A stretch of 64,000 nt of DNA from Podarcis cretensis (taxonomy: Eukaryota). The DNA is taken from assembly GCA_951804945.1 (NCBI GenBank), contig OX638153.1, positions 37,758,001-37,822,000 of the forward strand, in the 5' to 3' direction. The position numbers and the translations under genes are program-made. Positions within the stretch are counted from its first letter, which is position 1; each line of letters starts with the position of its first letter. The notes beneath the pieces are model-generated. The model saw only the letters and a program-made list of their open reading frames with translations, did not search any database and was not told the origin of the DNA. Of the stretch, positions 61,031 through 64,000 are shown in pieces.

Positions 61031-62730
61031 AGGAACAATCGGACTAAATTATCAACCCGTGAGTAATATGGAAATTGGAACCTTTTATAAAAATTTTGCT
61101 GGATTAGGAACGAGCGGGGAAGGGTTAAAAAGGAAGTCCACCCCCCCCCTTAGTAAACAATCTAAAGCAAAGGACCTGTCAGCTAAGGTCGAGAGAATCT
61201 TTTTTTGCTTTTTAGTAAAAGATTTTAACTGCACGATTTTGACATTGTAAGAAGTTTTGCTGGAGGATTAAGGATTAATTTGGGGAGCTGAAGTTCACCC
61301 CCTCAGAACCGGGAGCGTCCCGTGAGAAAGCCTGTTGATGAAATACTGAAGAGTTTTGACAGCTGTCAAGTTAGCTGTCAAGATGGAAAGGAAACTTTGT
61401 TTCTGTTGCTTCTGCTGGTTTTACGTGTTACAATTTATTGGAAAAAAAGGAAGGACTGATACAAATAACTTGACTTTTGGACTTGAGCCGAAAGGAATAT
61501 CTAAGGAACTAAAATCCCCCTAGAGGGGTTTAGTGACATTACAGGAATGGCTGGAGAAGGGAAAATCCAAGCTGAACTGGATAGAGCATTTGTTCTCTTG
61601 GGAAAGTTACAAGGCCAATTCAATGTTTTGGCTATTAACGCTACAGCTCTAAGTTTGACAGTAAACAACATTGTCCAACCTGATAAGGATTTGAAACAGG
61701 AAGCTAATTCAACTGGAAAAATAAAGGAAACTGAAAGTTTTGACAATATGGAAAAGGGGACATATGCTGCCCCTGAAGAAGAGGAAGGAGGAGCTGAAAC
61801 TTTGCAGACGCCAAAGGAGAGCTGCAATTTGAAGCCTGATATGACAACAAAAAAGGAAAATAAAAATTTGATGGGGAAGGCCTGGCCTGAACTGGAGATT
61901 GAAAGGAGATCTGAAGACCTGAGGATTACAAATTGGTTTAAGATGAAAGTTGGAGCCCTGGGGACAATTGGACTTGAAAGGAATATGAAACAAAAGTTGG
62001 AGTACCCCATAGGCTTTGCTTTTAAATTTGGAGGTCTGGCTGGCAGAAATATGGATCCTGTCGGGTCGGTGCCTCTCCGAGATCTGGGGTTTAACATTAA
62101 GGACTATCAAAAAGACCGGCACAGAGGAACTGAGAGAGACTTAAAAGCCTCGGACGTGAGATCTCCAGGCTAGATAGTTTATAGAGACTGATGGACATCT
62201 GTTGGGGACTAACCGGGAAAAGGGTGGGTAGAGTTTGGGAATCCAAAGGGTATATAGATATAATTTGTTCTGTTTTTTATTTTTTGTTTGACTATTTTTA
62301 TGGAAACTGGGAAAATCGTGGAAGGGAAATTTTGGTCGACTTTAGGAAAAAGGTTTAAGATTAATTAATGAGATATAAGTATTGATGCATAAAATTGGGA
62401 TAAGTTAAAATTGGTTTTTAAATTAAATAAAAATAAGGCCTGCAAAGATAATATTGAGGAAATGGAAGAAAGAAGAAAAGTAAAATAATATCATGTTAGA
62501 ATAAATTATTAAGTTAAAGTGGAGAAATATGTTAAGGATTTGCTGTGCTGATAACTTAAATTGGAATACTAGAAGGGGAGGTGTGAGGAGGTCTGAGAAA
62601 TAAGGTAAAAGAAAATAAGTAATTGAAATTTTATGTGTTTTTAATTCTTTTGGATTTTTGTTTTTTTGTTAATTTTTGTTTTTGTTTTATATGTTTCTGG
62701 AAAATCCCAATAAATATTCATTAAAAAAAA
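61031..62730 (+). mobile_element. Non-autonomous poly(A) retroposon (probably L1-mobilised), 1.7 kb
   Basis: 17-bp TSD TGAAAGTAACCTTATTT (61014-61030 and 62731-62747), AATAAA at 62709-62714 followed by an A8 tail. No RT or endonuclease recognisable. Confidence 0.85.
61547..62173 (+). CDS. Orphan 208-aa ORF inside the retroposon (heptad-like N-terminus, acidic middle)
   Basis: Uninterrupted ATG-to-TAG ORF with good Kozak context (GGAATGG), in the same orientation as the poly(A) tail. No family recognised. Confidence 0.45.
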   Translation: MAGEGKIQAELDRAFVLLGKLQGQFNVLAINATALSLTVNNIVQPDKDLKQEANSTGKIKETESFDNMEKGTYAAPEEEEGGAETLQTPKESCNLKPDMTTKKENKNLMGKAWPELEIERRSEDLRITNWFKMKVGALGTIGLERNMKQKLEYPIGFAFKFGGLAGRNMDPVGSVPLRDLGFNIKDYQKDRHRGTERDLKASDVRSPG

Positions 62731-63559
62731 TGAAAGTAACCTTATTTGGAGAAAGCATTTTTCACGTATAATTTACAGTATAAATAAATTTGGTTTCTGC
62801 TAATGGTGGTAATTTGACTGTGAAATATTGTTTTGTACTAGCACTTCTCCCTTTAGATTCAATCCAAAAGATATGAACCCCATGCACAACACTGACACCC
62901 CACGCTTGTTGATTTGCACAATTTTCATTTTAGGGTGAAGTTTTAAAAGTATTTCTGTGGCTAAGTTGCTGGTGGATGGAGAAGAAGAAAATGTGCTATT
63001 TTATTGTGTGTTATTCACTTTTCTCCGAATTGCAAACCATGAAGCATGCCAAGAGATTGATAGTTTCATTCATGTATGCAAAAGACCTTATGCATAAACT
63101 TTAATGCCTGGATCACACTGGCTGAGATCCAAAGAGTTACTTTAGGATTACCCAAGGATTTGGGCATACCCAGTGGAACTGTTTAATTTCCCCCACTGCA
63201 TGGCACACCTCCACAATATCACAAATTGCTTTTGAACCTTCTTTAAATTTAAAATCTTGCCATGAAGGGCAATTCAGGGGGTGAAACAAAAGTCAAGCTC
63301 AAAGCTTCCTTGTATATGCAAAGCAGTTTCTTGATTCCTTGGATCCAAGCTGCAGATACTAACACTACTCACAGAACAGGATTTGAATTATTAAATGATA
63401 CATTAGGCAATTGCCTGTTTAATTGTATAATCAATTGATTAATGGCAAAACAGGTAATCAGCCCCCGAAACCTTTAGCTGGTTAACATCTTCAAAAGAAA
63501 TATGTCATTGACATAGTTCTGTAAAGATGGCAAGGAATAAAATGAACACTTTTACTTAC

Positions 63560-63631
63560 AGGTGAATTAAAGATTTCAGTCCTCGGAAGGAAGTGTTTGA
63601 AAGAGACTTGATGTTGTTGTTCTCTATAAAC
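63560..63631 (-). CDS. LGI1: LGI1 exon 4 (72 nt LRR)
   Basis: ttgcag and gtaagt boundaries. Encodes FIENNNIKSLSNTSFRGLKSLIHL. Confidence 0.95.
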
Positions 63632-63729
63632 CTGCAATGGGTCATAAAGGCAGCTTGGTCAAAGGAATTTCTTTATCTCAAGCACACAACCACTCTCAAG
63701 AAATCTTTCACATTATTTTTTCAACTCAC

Positions 63730-63801
63730 AAATATTCTAGATGAGGAAGGCCCATGAAGGCATCACCGCTAATGACATCAAATGTATTTGCTGTAAATAA
63801 C
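63730..63801 (-). CDS. LGI1: LGI1 exon 3 (72 nt LRR); exons 1-2 lie outside the window
   Basis: atacag and gtgagt boundaries. Encodes LFTANTFDVISGDAFMGLPHLEYL, followed by a 98-nt intron to exon 4. Confidence 0.95.
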
Positions 63802-64000
63802 CTGTATAAAGAAATATAAAGCAAAAAATAACTAAACAGTGACATGCTGTTGGAACAGATGTTTAAAAGCCACGTTGCTGGTTCTTGGTTAAAGTTAAAA
63901 ATGAAGAACCACAGATTTCAGGAGGCATAGTCTATCTCCTGCATAAGGACAACCCAAGGGAAATATTGTAATACAACGCCCAGATCCTAAGCAGGAAAAC

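Noticed and set aside
61501-62097. 198-aa minus-strand ORF in the retroposon
   Set aside because: Non-ATG start and composition typical of the antisense of the 208-aa ORF; not called as a gene.

Overview
Vertebrate genomic DNA, almost certainly from a squamate reptile; Sauria SINEs and the repeat landscape suggest a lacertid lizard, which is an inference. Two spliced genes lie on the minus strand in the conserved LGI1-SLC35G1 order. SLC35G1 is complete (3 coding exons, 389 aa, CpG-island promoter near 23 kb). LGI1 is represented by exons 3-8, with exons 1-2 beyond the right edge. LGI1 intron 4 holds a very young 5.2 kb Ty3/Gypsy chromovirus of the sushi/Tf1 type, with apparently identical 410-bp LTRs and an ACAGG target-site duplication (TSD). 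It shows a tRNA-independent self-priming signature, a -1 frameshift pseudoknot and a pol ORF that runs through the 3' LTR, yet it has a gag frameshift and an in-frame RT-thumb/RNase H deletion. The same intron carries a 1.7 kb poly(A)-tailed, TSD-flanked retroposon with an intact orphan 208-aa ORF and no RT. A second, unrelated 1.3 kb retroposon sits just past the LGI1 3' end. The rest is dense in Sauria SINEs, L2 and CR1 fragments, TA-flanked Tc1/mariner-type MITEs, hAT MITEs, a solo-LTR-like element and a fossil XPG-type (AcademX-like) transposase. SLC35G1 exon 1 is open in two frames, each matched by its own splice donor. All coordinates were counted by eye and no searches were run.
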